Assembly: GCA_018716975.1 (NCBI GenBank)
Contig: DVJE01000040.1
Span: forward strand, 20,426-84,425
Direction of reading: 5' to 3'
Source: Candidatus Gallacutalibacter stercoravium
GTDB lineage: Bacteria; Bacillota; Clostridia; Oscillospirales; Acutalibacteraceae
DNA: 64,000 bases
Part shown: positions 29,146 through 37,439 of the stretch, in pieces
How the letters are laid out: every line of letters begins with the position of its first letter
Position numbering within the stretch: the first letter of the stretch is position 1
The notes under the pieces: model-generated
What the model saw: only the letters and a program-made list of their open reading frames with translations
Databases searched by the model: none
Told to the model about the DNA's origin: nothing
Position numbers and translations under genes: made by a program

Positions 29146-29517
29146 GTGAATATTAAACGGGGAGATATTTATTACGCGGATTTAAGTCCGGTTGTTGGCT
29201 CAGAACAAGGGGGCGTTCGACCGGTATTAATTGTGCAAAACGATGTTGGCAACCGGTTTAGCCCCACTGTTATTGCGGCCGCAATCACCAGCCAAAAATC
29301 CAAAGCCAATTTGCCCACGCATATCCAGCTGCATGCCGCCAATACCGGCCTATCTAAGGATTCCATCGTGTTGTTGGAACAAATTAGAACCATTGATAAA
29401 CGGCGGCTAAAAGAAAAGATGGGCAGCTTAGATGGCAGCGCCATGAACCTGGTAGACCATGCCCTATCGGTGAGCTTTGGCTTGGGAAGAGAAGGCGGGA
29501 TGCGCGAGGCTACATAA
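29146..29517 (+). CDS. mazF: Type II toxin MazF/PemK (EndoA-like mRNA interferase)
   Basis: [50 protein letters not shown]...LPTHIQL...[16 protein letters not shown] is nearly colinear with B. subtilis EndoA as I remember it. Start choice is GTG 29146; the track ORF begins at 29128. Confidence 0.9.
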   Translation: MNIKRGDIYYADLSPVVGSEQGGVRPVLIVQNDVGNRFSPTVIAAAITSQKSKANLPTHIQLHAANTGLSKDSIVLLEQIRTIDKRRLKEKMGSLDGSAMNLVDHALSVSFGLGREGGMREAT

Positions 29518-29594
29518 GCCGGATTAGGACAGCCTTTTAGGCTTATGGGCCTTTCGCAGCAGTACCACAGGAAAAAGTTTAAGGAAGTGTGCAA

Positions 29595-29780
29595 ATGCAG
29601 TTAACGCAAAAGGAGCTCTTGGCAATCGCAGATCAATTAAATGCAGAAAAGCTGCTGGTGGCCAGATGTAAAGCATATGCGCAAATGGCTGAGGATCCAC
29701 AAATCCAGTCGATGTGCGAGCTGCTGGCCGGTAAACACCAAGCACACTATCAAAACCTGCTTGGTTTTTTGCAGGAATAG
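29595..29780 (+). CDS. Small spore-coat-associated helical protein (partner of the CotF-like gene)
   Basis: MQLTQKELLAIADQLNAEKLLVARCKAYAQMAEDPQIQSMCELLAGKHQAHYQNLL. AAGGAAG lies 7 nt before the ATG at 29595. Confidence 0.6.
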   Translation: MQLTQKELLAIADQLNAEKLLVARCKAYAQMAEDPQIQSMCELLAGKHQAHYQNLLGFLQE

Positions 29781-29789
29781 GGGGCAGCT

Positions 29790-30071
29790 ATGGATCAAAC
29801 ACTGGGATTGACGGATAAAGAAATTGTGGAAGATATTCTCTCGGCACAAAAGCAGATGACCGGCAGCTATAACATTTACGCCAACGAGTGTGCAACGCAA
29901 GCAGTGCGCGACGCGCTGATGAACCTGCTCAACGAAGAGCATCTTATTCAAACCGACGTTTTCACCCAGATGCAAAACCGAAACTGGTATACCCCCAAAA
30001 CGGCTTCCCCGGAGGAGATAAAAGAGGTAAGCCGGCAATTTGGAACGAACACAGATGAACAGATGGATTAA
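29790..30071 (+). CDS. Spore coat protein F (Coat_F domain) family protein
   Basis: LTDKEIVEDILSAQKQMTGSYNIYANECATQAVRDALMNLLNEEHLIQTDVFTQMQNRNWY fits the Coat_F pattern. Confidence 0.7.
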   Translation: MDQTLGLTDKEIVEDILSAQKQMTGSYNIYANECATQAVRDALMNLLNEEHLIQTDVFTQMQNRNWYTPKTASPEEIKEVSRQFGTNTDEQMD

Positions 30072-30154
30072 GGTGAATCGGTTTCGTTAAGGAAATAGGC
30101 AATATCAGAATGGTATAACTGAGTTACTCTAAAATTCATTGTATAGCTTTTAAG

Positions 30155-30190
30155 GCCCGCACCTGCAAAACAGGCTGCGGGCTTTTATCT
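30155..30190 (+). terminator. Terminator after the coat-protein pair
   Basis: GCCCGCACCTG-caaaa-CAGGCTGCGGGC hairpin followed by TTTTATCTTT. Confidence 0.75.
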
Positions 30191-30310
30191 TTATGTGTCT
30201 TTATCATCTTCCTGTTTGCGTGTAAAAAAGCGACGATCGTTTGAACAACTCTGTGGCAAAAAATCGTATTGCCGGGGGTTTTTGCTTGCAGTCTCTAAGC
30301 CTTATGCGCC

Positions 30311-30339
30311 TTGTAAAGCGTTTGCTAAAATGGTAGAAT
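30311..30339 (+). promoter_or_regulatory. Promoter TTGTAA-N17-TAGAAT upstream of cat
   Basis: Near-consensus hexamers 62 nt before the cat ATG. I see no leader peptide or stem-loop attenuator. Confidence 0.55.
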
Positions 30340-30401
30340 TGGCTTGCAAAATAGCGGTTATTAGGCATTCTTGTTTGTAAAAAAGGAGGCGCTTGTTTTC
30401 T

Positions 30402-31073
30402 ATGCGCTTTGAAAAAATTGAAATGCAAACGTGGCCAAGGGCAGCAACATATCAGCATTATATGCGCGATGTTCCTTGCACCTATAGCATGTGCGTCAGC
30501 TGGGATATTACCGCAATAAAAGCGCAAACCGATGCGCTGGGGCTAAAATTGTTCCCGGTGCTGCTTTATGGGTTGTCAACTGTTGTAAATCAACATAAAG
30601 AGTTTCGCATGGGGCTAGATCATGAAAAACAGCCGGGCTATTACGACATAGTGCACCCCAGCTATACGGTGTTTCATCCCCAAAGTGAAAGCTTTACTGT
30701 AACTTGGAGTGTATTTGACAGCAACTTTGCCGGCTTTTATCAGCGTTATTTGCAGGATGCCCAGCGGGCGTTGCAACACCAAGAAGGGTTCGAGAGTGCT
30801 GCTCAGCCGGTTAGCCAGCTGCCGATCACGCCGCCCAATTTATTTGATGTTTCTTGCATCCCTTGGGCGTCCTTTACCAGCTTTCATTTGAATATTAAGC
30901 CCGGCTATGAGCACTTACTCCCCATATTTACCTTAGGCCAATTTACGCAACAAGCGGGCAATATCCAGCTGCCGTTGGCCATTCAGGTGCATCATGCCGC
31001 GTGCGACGGCTTTCATGTAGCGCGTTTTGTTAAGGAGTTGCAAACGTGGACAGAAGATTTTTCTGTGGAATAA
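30402..31073 (+). CDS. cat: Type A chloramphenicol O-acetyltransferase
   Basis: MRFEKIEMQTWPRAATYQHY N-terminus and catalytic-His motif VHHAACDGFHVARF. AAGGAGG SD; ATG at 30402 (track TTG at 30393). Confidence 0.85.
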   Translation: MRFEKIEMQTWPRAATYQHYMRDVPCTYSMCVSWDITAIKAQTDALGLKLFPVLLYGLSTVVNQHKEFRMGLDHEKQPGYYDIVHPSYTVFHPQSESFTVTWSVFDSNFAGFYQRYLQDAQRALQHQEGFESAAQPVSQLPITPPNLFDVSCIPWASFTSFHLNIKPGYEHLLPIFTLGQFTQQAGNIQLPLAIQVHHAACDGFHVARFVKELQTWTEDFSVE

Positions 31074-31085
31074 AGGAGAATGCAA

Positions 31086-31553
31086 ATGAGCAATACGCCC
31101 ATGCTAAAAACCGAACGCTTAATTCTGCGCCGGTTTGAGGAAAAAGATGTGCAGGCTTTGTTGGATATTTTGCGTGATGAAGAGGTAAACACCTTTTTGC
31201 CGTGGTTTCCTTGTGCTTCTTTGCAGCAGGCGCAACAGGAGCTGCGGCATAAATATCAAAAGTATTATGAGCGGCCCAGCGGTTACCGTTATGCTGTTTG
31301 CCTGCAACAGGATAACGTGCCTATCGGCTATGTTCATGTGGGGGATGACGACAGCCATGACCTGGGCTACGGGCTGCGAAAGGAGTTTTGGCATAAAGGG
31401 ATTACAACCGAGGCGGCTAAAGCGGTGATGGCTCAGTTAAAGAAAGATGGCTGCGCTTATATCACGGCTACTCACGATGTGCAAAACCCCCATAGCGGTG
31501 ATGTGATGAAAAAACTTGGAATGACCTACCGTTATTCCTACGAGGAACAATGA
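31086..31553 (+). CDS. GNAT (RimJ/RimL-like) N-acetyltransferase, ended by an in-frame TGA that looks premature
   Basis: MLKTERLILRRFEEKDVQALL. The TGA at 31551-31553 is followed in frame by 39 sense codons, QPKDRLVTFRLYQLNFDGSEWTYQKYWQQSSVHFVEPNL, before TAG at 31671-31673. Confidence 0.75.
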   Translation: MSNTPMLKTERLILRRFEEKDVQALLDILRDEEVNTFLPWFPCASLQQAQQELRHKYQKYYERPSGYRYAVCLQQDNVPIGYVHVGDDDSHDLGYGLRKEFWHKGITTEAAKAVMAQLKKDGCAYITATHDVQNPHSGDVMKKLGMTYRYSYEEQ

Positions 31554-31702
31554 CAGCCGAAGGATCGCCTGGTAACCTTTCGGCTTTATCAGCTGAATTT
31601 TGATGGTTCGGAGTGGACCTATCAAAAATATTGGCAACAGTCCTCTGTTCATTTTGTGGAACCGAACCTATAGTCAATCATACAAAGCGTATCTCATGAG
31701 CC

Positions 31703-31741
31703 AAAAGCGGGCGCTGTTTACTTCAGCGGCCCGCTTTTGTG
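31703..31741 (+). terminator. Terminator after the GNAT gene
   Basis: AAAGCGGGCGCTG...CAGCGGCCCGCTTT hairpin followed by TGT. Confidence 0.7.
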
Positions 31742-31954
31742 CTGTTTAGCAGTATGTGCAAAATAGGGGAAGAGGCGGCTCCCTAGTTCAAAGATACGGG
31801 TTTGGTTTTGCCACAACGTTTCATCAGAAACGCAGGAGGAGAAAAATAAGCGCACCTTTTGCGCTGGAATCAGGGGGAGACAGAGAAGATTTGCAAAAAA
31901 TACATGGTTCCACCCTTGGGCTTTTGGTAATTTTGAACCGGACAGGCCGCTGTT

Positions 31955-31987
31955 TTGACAAAAACGGCATATCCGCAATGGGATAAT
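31955..31987 (+). promoter_or_regulatory. Candidate spoIIG-type promoter: TTGACA, 21-22 nt spacer, GATAAT
   Basis: TTGACA (31955-31960) and GATAAT (31982-31987). TTTGACA resembles a one-mismatch Spo0A box (TTCGACA). About 80 nt upstream of spoIIGA. Confidence 0.4.
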
Positions 31988-32065
31988 AGAAAAGTACCGC
32001 TGTATCAGCCGAAGAATTCTGGATTGGCAGCCGGAGAAGGCCGGGCGAATGGAAGGGGGCGCAGG

Positions 32066-32932
32066 ATGACACAGATCATCTATGTGGACGTTTTGCTGGC
32101 AGTTAACCTGTTTGTCAATTATTTTATCTTGTTGGGCAGCGCACGTTTTTTAAACTTGCACACACCGCGGCGGCGATTATTGTTAGGCGCAGCTTTGGGC
32201 GCTGTTTATTCCTTGAGTATTTTGTTGCCGCAAAACGCGCTGCTCTCGCTTTTGCTTAAATTGGTGATGGCGACCACCATAACGCTGGCGGCCTTTGGCT
32301 GGCACGGCAAGAAAGTTTTTTTGAAAGAAGCTGGTTGCTTTTTGGTAATTAGTTTTTCTTTTGGCGGCATTTTGTTCGCTTTGTGGTACATAGCGGCTCC
32401 CCCAGGGCTTTTGGTGCACAACGGGGTGGTGTATTTTGAAATTTCTCCTATTTTTTTGGCGGGAGCAACCATCGTTTGTTATTTGTTATTGCGTGTGCTG
32501 CATCGTTTGGTGCAGCGCCCCGCCCCCAAAAGCCTTTACTGCCATGTGGAAGTGGCGGCAGACGGAGCGGTTTGTTCCTTTCAGGCCAAGGTGGATACCG
32601 GCAACAGCTTGGTAGAACCCTTTTCGCAGTTACCGGTTTTAGTGGCGGAATATCCTTGTGTGAAGGCCGTCATCCCACAAGCGGCGCGTGCTTTTTTTGA
32701 ATCCGGCGGCATGCAAGGTGAAAAGCTTCCCGAGATCTGGCAAAAGAAAATCCGGATGGCGCCCTTTCACTCGGTAGCAGGGGGTGGGGTGCTGCCCTGT
32801 TTTCTTCCAGAAGAAATGATTGTTTACCAACAAAACCGCGCCCATAAAGCCCAAGGCTATGTGGCGGTATGCCCGCCTAAGCAGTTGGGGGAACATCCGG
32901 CGCTGCTCAACCCGGCGTTATTAGAAGGCTAA
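32066..32932 (+). CDS. spoIIGA: Sigma-E processing peptidase SpoIIGA
   Basis: MTQIIYVDVLLAVNLFVNYFILLG membrane N-terminus and aspartic protease motif KVDTGNSLVEP. GGAAGGGGG SD; the track ORF is extended to 31955. Confidence 0.9.
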   Translation: MTQIIYVDVLLAVNLFVNYFILLGSARFLNLHTPRRRLLLGAALGAVYSLSILLPQNALLSLLLKLVMATTITLAAFGWHGKKVFLKEAGCFLVISFSFGGILFALWYIAAPPGLLVHNGVVYFEISPIFLAGATIVCYLLLRVLHRLVQRPAPKSLYCHVEVAADGAVCSFQAKVDTGNSLVEPFSQLPVLVAEYPCVKAVIPQAARAFFESGGMQGEKLPEIWQKKIRMAPFHSVAGGGVLPCFLPEEMIVYQQNRAHKAQGYVAVCPPKQLGEHPALLNPALLEG

Positions 32933-32965
32933 TTTGTGCCTACGGGCAAAAAGGAGAACAAAGCC

Positions 32966-33709
32966 ATGAAAGGATATGCTGATTTAAAAGAAAAAATTAT
33001 TCGGGCCGCTTGCCGGCTACGTCTTTGGCTGAGCGGCAAGCTGATGCACCGGGGAGCGGCGTCAATTTTTTACATAAATGGGCCCGAAACCCTTCCTGCA
33101 CCGTTAAGCCCCCAAGAAGAAGCCGATATTATCCAAAGAATCCAGCAGGGGGACGAAACGGCGCGAGAACCCCTAATTACCCATAATCTTCGTTTGGTCG
33201 TTTACATTGCAAAAAAATTTGAAACCAGCAGTGGCAGTGTGGAGGATCTCATCTCGATTGGTACCATTGGGCTTATTAAAGCTGTAAATACCTTTCGGCC
33301 GGAGCGAAATATTAAGCTGGCAACCTATGCTTCCCGCTGTATCGAAAATGAGATCCTCATGTTTTTGCGAAAAACCTCGCAGTTAAAAAACGAGATCTCC
33401 ATTGACGAGCCGTTAAATATTGATTGGGACGGCAACGAGCTGCTTTTGTCAGATGTGTTGGGCAGCGATCAGGATGTTGTGAACCGCGGCATTGAGCAAG
33501 AGGTGGAGTGCAATCTGTTACGGCAAGCAGTATCGCGCCTACCGCAACGGGAGCAACGCATTATGGAGCTCCGGTTTGGGTTGGCGGGGAACAAGGAGCA
33601 CACGCAAAAAGAGGTAGCCGATTCTTTGGGAATCTCTCAATCCTATATTTCCCGGTTAGAAAAACGTATCATCGAGCGGCTAAAAAAGGATCTGGAACGA
33701 GTTGGATAA
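32966..33709 (+). CDS. sigE: Sporulation sigma factor SigE (pro-sigma-E)
   Basis: [17 protein letters not shown]...[12 protein letters not shown]...[17 protein letters not shown]...[25 protein letters not shown] lies before the ATG at 32966. Confidence 0.93.
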   Translation: MKGYADLKEKIIRAACRLRLWLSGKLMHRGAASIFYINGPETLPAPLSPQEEADIIQRIQQGDETAREPLITHNLRLVVYIAKKFETSSGSVEDLISIGTIGLIKAVNTFRPERNIKLATYASRCIENEILMFLRKTSQLKNEISIDEPLNIDWDGNELLLSDVLGSDQDVVNRGIEQEVECNLLRQAVSRLPQREQRIMELRFGLAGNKEHTQKEVADSLGISQSYISRLEKRIIERLKKDLERVG

Positions 33710-33809
33710 CAATGCAAAGCGATGAGATAGCAGCCATACCAGTCGCTGGTTATTAGCTGCTTATCGATAACGAAAACGTTGGCTAAACAGAATCTTTCAG
33801 GCAAAAGAC

Positions 33810-33858
33810 AAATAAAAAGCGCCCCGCAAGGCCGCCAGGAACGGACCTACAGGGCGCA
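33810..33858 (-). terminator. Terminator of the two-component operon
   Basis: GCGCCCTG...GGGGCGC hairpin followed by TTTTTATTT on the minus strand. Confidence 0.6.
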
Positions 33859-33879
33859 GAAAGTTATCGAAGAACCGGG

Positions 33880-34464
33880 TCAAAGCTTATCATGAAACAG
33901 GTGCAAAAGCTGCTGTTGGCTTTGCAGGCCGAATTTATGTAAAATCGCCTTTTTTTGGTTGGCAATGGTTTTGGGTGAAGAGCGCAGATGCAATTCCTTG
34001 CCCAAAAGGGTATAAAACACCGATTGTTCCGCTGGAGAAAGATCCGCTAAAATCAGGGAATTTATCATGTGTTCCTGCGGGGTATAGCCTTTAGCGGTTT
34101 TGCGGATGGTTTCTACCAGAATGCTAAATTGGCTTTTATAAACATAGCCGCTGGCAAAGGCGCGTTTGCAGGCGTCTACGGTAATTTCTGGATTTTCAAA
34201 GGAGGTTAGAATAATTACCTTAGTATCCGTGGCTAAACGGATGTCGCGAGAGGTTTCGATGCCATCTAAGTAGCTTCCGGTTAGGTTTAAATCCATTAAA
34301 ACGATATCGGGCGTTAAGGCGCGGGCGGCCCGAAAAGCGTCTTCTCGGGTGGAAGCAGCGTAAATAAGGCACATGTCTTCTTGCGCATTGATTTCGTCGG
34401 CGGTTAACAACTGAAAATCCAAATCGTCTTCGGCAAGCAGAACCCGAATTTTAGCTGAGTTCAT
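33880..34464 (-). CDS. Response regulator (REC domain plus a divergent LuxR/GerE-like HTH)
   Basis: IRVLLAEDDLDFQ...DIVLMDLNL...KVIILTSF receiver motifs. C-terminus LSPAEQSVFYTLL...TIANQKKAILHKFG. Confidence 0.8.
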   Translation of the reverse strand: MNSAKIRVLLAEDDLDFQLLTADEINAQEDMCLIYAASTREDAFRAARALTPDIVLMDLNLTGSYLDGIETSRDIRLATDTKVIILTSFENPEITVDACKRAFASGYVYKSQFSILVETIRKTAKGYTPQEHMINSLILADLSPAEQSVFYTLLGKELHLRSSPKTIANQKKAILHKFGLQSQQQLLHLFHDKL

Positions 34465-35947
34465 GGGTGTTGCCTCCTTTTTTGCTGAGTCGGAACGGCT
34501 TTTTACGGCGTGCGCGTACAGGAGGAAAAGACAACGTAAAGGTTGTGCCTCTTCCCAATTGGCTTTCTACCGAGATATCGCCGCCGTGTTTGTGCATAAC
34601 GTTGCGGCAGTAATAAAGCCCCAGCCCCATGTGCTGTGAACCGGATTTTGTGGAATAATAAGGTGTAAACAGCTTTAAGAGAACGGATGGGGCAATGCCG
34701 CTGCCGCTGTCTGTTACCGACAGGATAGCGCCCTTGCGGCCCGTTTGAGGCTGATAGTTAACCAGCAGCTCCCCTTGTTCCTGCATCGCTTCTGCTGCGT
34801 TTTGCAAAAGATTATTTAACATTTCAGCAACACAGCCCCGGTCGCAAATTAACCGCGCGGCCGGCGGGCACTGCACCGTTACCTGTATTCGCGGGTAAAG
34901 CGGCGCAAAGTTATCGATGCACTGCTTAAGCAGCGGGGCCACATCGCACTCGGCCGGGTGCAAAATCACATCTTGCGAGTAAGACCACGCTTTAAAAACA
35001 TAATCCTTTAAACGCTCGGTTGCATTTAGGATAATGCGCGACAGTTCTGCTTGTTGGAGCTGTTGGCGGGGATCTTCCAGCTTTTTGGCGCACCATTCAA
35101 TTTTTGCCACTTCATTTTTCACAGCGTGCTGCGATAATTGCGCCCCCTGGTTGATGATTTGGTTTTCTTGGTTCCAATCATAGCGGCGGCACTGTAGCTG
35201 CACGCCCATCACGCCGCCCCGAAAAGCCTGGCGGAAATAGATTGCGATGATAATAAGCATAATGAATAAATTGCCTTGCCAGGCTTTTTCGTGCTCGGAA
35301 AGATGAAAAAGCTGTGCGGGAAAGACCGTGAGCATAGTATACCAGGTGGGAAGCAGCACAAAAACGGCCACAATCAAATTGCTTTTAAAGTTGCTCTGGC
35401 GGCGGCAAGCGAACAGGGTGCGCAACAGGAGCACGGTCAGGATGATCCCGTAGCTAAGGTTATATAGGGTTACCAACAGATAATAGTTCGCATCGTTTAG
35501 TTGAAAGTAACGGGTTTGCCAATACGGATAGAAGCAGCCGAACAGAAACACCGGCAAAAACAAAGCGCGCAGCAGCCAGGGAAAAGCTTTCGGGTAGGTT
35601 TCGGGAATCCGGCAGTAATACATACAAAAAGCCAACGCGCAGGGCATTGCCAAATAATAGGGGATAGCCGTCAGTATGGAATAAATTGAAAAAGCCGCCG
35701 CTTCGCTGATGAGATCAGGAAAAGTATCGGTTATCCGCGGCAAAAGGGTATATTGCCAATATTCTTTAAAAATGCCGATACTAAAGCACATACCACTGAT
35801 AAAGCACCAAAAATTCAGCTTGTTTTTGCGGTTGCTAAAATAGATAAAAAAGAAAAGAAGCCAGAGTAACAACGTAAAAACCAAAAGGAATTCGCCCGGC
35901 ACCCCGCCGCTGTTTGTATAAGGCAAAGCCCCTCCCCCCTTATGCAT
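34451..35947 (-). CDS. Membrane sensor histidine kinase (6-7 TM N-terminal domain)
   Basis: H-box LSQHAVKNEVAKI, N-box LLQNAAEA, G-boxes DSGSGI and GLGLYYC. No SD before the ATG at 35947, so the exact start is uncertain. Confidence 0.8.
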   Translation of the reverse strand: MHKGGGALPYTNSGGVPGEFLLVFTLLLWLLFFFIYFSNRKNKLNFWCFISGMCFSIGIFKEYWQYTLLPRITDTFPDLISEAAAFSIYSILTAIPYYLAMPCALAFCMYYCRIPETYPKAFPWLLRALFLPVFLFGCFYPYWQTRYFQLNDANYYLLVTLYNLSYGIILTVLLLRTLFACRRQSNFKSNLIVAVFVLLPTWYTMLTVFPAQLFHLSEHEKAWQGNLFIMLIIIAIYFRQAFRGGVMGVQLQCRRYDWNQENQIINQGAQLSQHAVKNEVAKIEWCAKKLEDPRQQLQQAELSRIILNATERLKDYVFKAWSYSQDVILHPAECDVAPLLKQCIDNFAPLYPRIQVTVQCPPAARLICDRGCVAEMLNNLLQNAAEAMQEQGELLVNYQPQTGRKGAILSVTDSGSGIAPSVLLKLFTPYYSTKSGSQHMGLGLYYCRNVMHKHGGDISVESQLGRGTTFTLSFPPVRARRKKPFRLSKKGGNTHELS

Positions 35948-36123
35948 AAAAACGGCTGTAAACTGTTTTCATTATAGCAGAATTGCGCGTTATAATGCAA
36001 TGCAAGGCCATATGGAATGATACCGCTGCTGTAGCAATATAATGTAACGGTGCGTTGTTAGAACATATGGGTGACGGAACAAAAAACAGGGCGGCGTTTG
36101 ATTTCGGTAAGGAGGCGGTTTTT

Positions 36124-36417
36124 GTGAATACATGCCGGATAGCCGATTTACGGCATAAAGAGGTGGTGAGCATCAAAGACGGGGCCTGCCTAGGGTGCGT
36201 TAGTGATGTAGAGATTGATACGTCTTGCGCAAAACTGTTGGCCATCGTTATATACGGCAAACTCAAATGCTTTGGCCTGTTTGGCCGGCATGACGACATT
36301 ATCATTAAATGGAGCGATATAGAGGTGATTGGGGCAGATACCATATTGGTTAGCCAATGCCCCGCCATGCGGCCGAAAAAAAGAAACCGCATTTGGAGCA
36401 CCCTGTTTGGCGGATAG
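36124..36417 (+). CDS. ylmC: YlmC/YmxH family sporulation protein (PRC-barrel)
   Basis: CRIADLRHKEVVSIKDGACLGCVSDVEIDTSCAKLLAIVIYG. GGAGG lies 8 nt before GTG at 36124; the track ORF starts at 36055. Confidence 0.8.
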   Translation: MNTCRIADLRHKEVVSIKDGACLGCVSDVEIDTSCAKLLAIVIYGKLKCFGLFGRHDDIIIKWSDIEVIGADTILVSQCPAMRPKKRNRIWSTLFGG

Positions 36418-36441
36418 TCCGATCCGCATAGCAAAAAAAAC

Positions 36442-36470
36442 TTGTCAAACAAGCGGGATCGTGCTATAAT
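36442..36470 (+). promoter_or_regulatory. rpsB promoter TTGTCA-N17-TATAAT (TGc extended -10)
   Basis: Near-consensus hexamers about 105 nt upstream of rpsB. Confidence 0.65.
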
Positions 36471-36575
36471 AGAAAAGCTAAAACGCACGTTTGGCCTTAA
36501 TAAAACGGGTGCCCATAGTTATGGGTGGTTTTGTTGCACGGCTGAGCGGAGGAATTAACCAAGGAGGAATTGAAA

Positions 36576-37343
36576 ATGGCAGTTGTATCTATGAAGCAGT
36601 TGCTGGAGGCCGGCGTTCATTTCGGCCACCAAACCAGAAGATGGAACCCCAAAATGGCGGAGTACATCTTTACCGAGCGCAATGGGATCTATATCATCGA
36701 TTTGCAGAAGACCGTTAGAAAGCTGGAAGAGGCTTACAATTTCGTGCGCGATCTAACAGCGGAGGGCAAGTCGGTTTTGTTCGTGGGCACCAAGAAGCAG
36801 GCCCAGGATTCTGTGAAAGAAGAAGCCGAGCGTGCCGGCGCTTATTATGTAAACGCCCGTTGGTTGGGCGGCATGATGACCAACTTTACCACCATCCGTC
36901 ATCGTGTAGACAGATTAAAGCAACTGCGCGCTATGGAGGCCGACGGCACTTTTGAGCTGTTGCCAAAAAAAGAAGTCAGCAAATTGATGCTGGAGATTGA
37001 AAAATTAGAGAAGTTCTTGGGCGGTATTAAAGATATGCAGCAGCTGCCCGGCGCGCTGTTTATTGTTGACCCCCGCAAAGAGAGAATCGCAGTTGCCGAG
37101 GCCAAGAAGTTGGGTATTCCGATTGTGGCAATCGTTGACACCAACTGCGATCCCGATGAAGTAGATTATGTTATTCCCGGCAATGACGACGCTATCCGTG
37201 CGGTGCGCCTGATCTCCGCTACCATGGCCAATGCTATCATTGAAGGCAAAGAGGGCCAGATGGGTGCGGAAGAGCAAGAGGAGCTGGCAGAAGCAGCTGC
37301 TCAAAAAGAGAATGAAACCGACGAAGAGGAAGCCGCTGAGTAA
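36576..37343 (+). CDS. rpsB: 30S ribosomal protein S2
   Basis: [38 protein letters not shown]. Confidence 0.97.
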   Translation: MAVVSMKQLLEAGVHFGHQTRRWNPKMAEYIFTERNGIYIIDLQKTVRKLEEAYNFVRDLTAEGKSVLFVGTKKQAQDSVKEEAERAGAYYVNARWLGGMMTNFTTIRHRVDRLKQLRAMEADGTFELLPKKEVSKLMLEIEKLEKFLGGIKDMQQLPGALFIVDPRKERIAVAEAKKLGIPIVAIVDTNCDPDEVDYVIPGNDDAIRAVRLISATMANAIIEGKEGQMGAEEQEELAEAAAQKENETDEEEAAE

Positions 37344-37439
37344 GATGCGGTTGCCCGCGGCGTAAGACAAGAGAAAATACCCGGGCCACGGCGCGGGTAT
37401 TTTTTTGAAAAGATAAATTTTGGATCGGAGGACGAATAA

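Noticed and set aside
35940-36488. 182-aa minus-strand ORF
   Set aside because: It overlaps the well-supported ylmC gene and the rpsB promoter. It has no SD and its composition is not protein-like.
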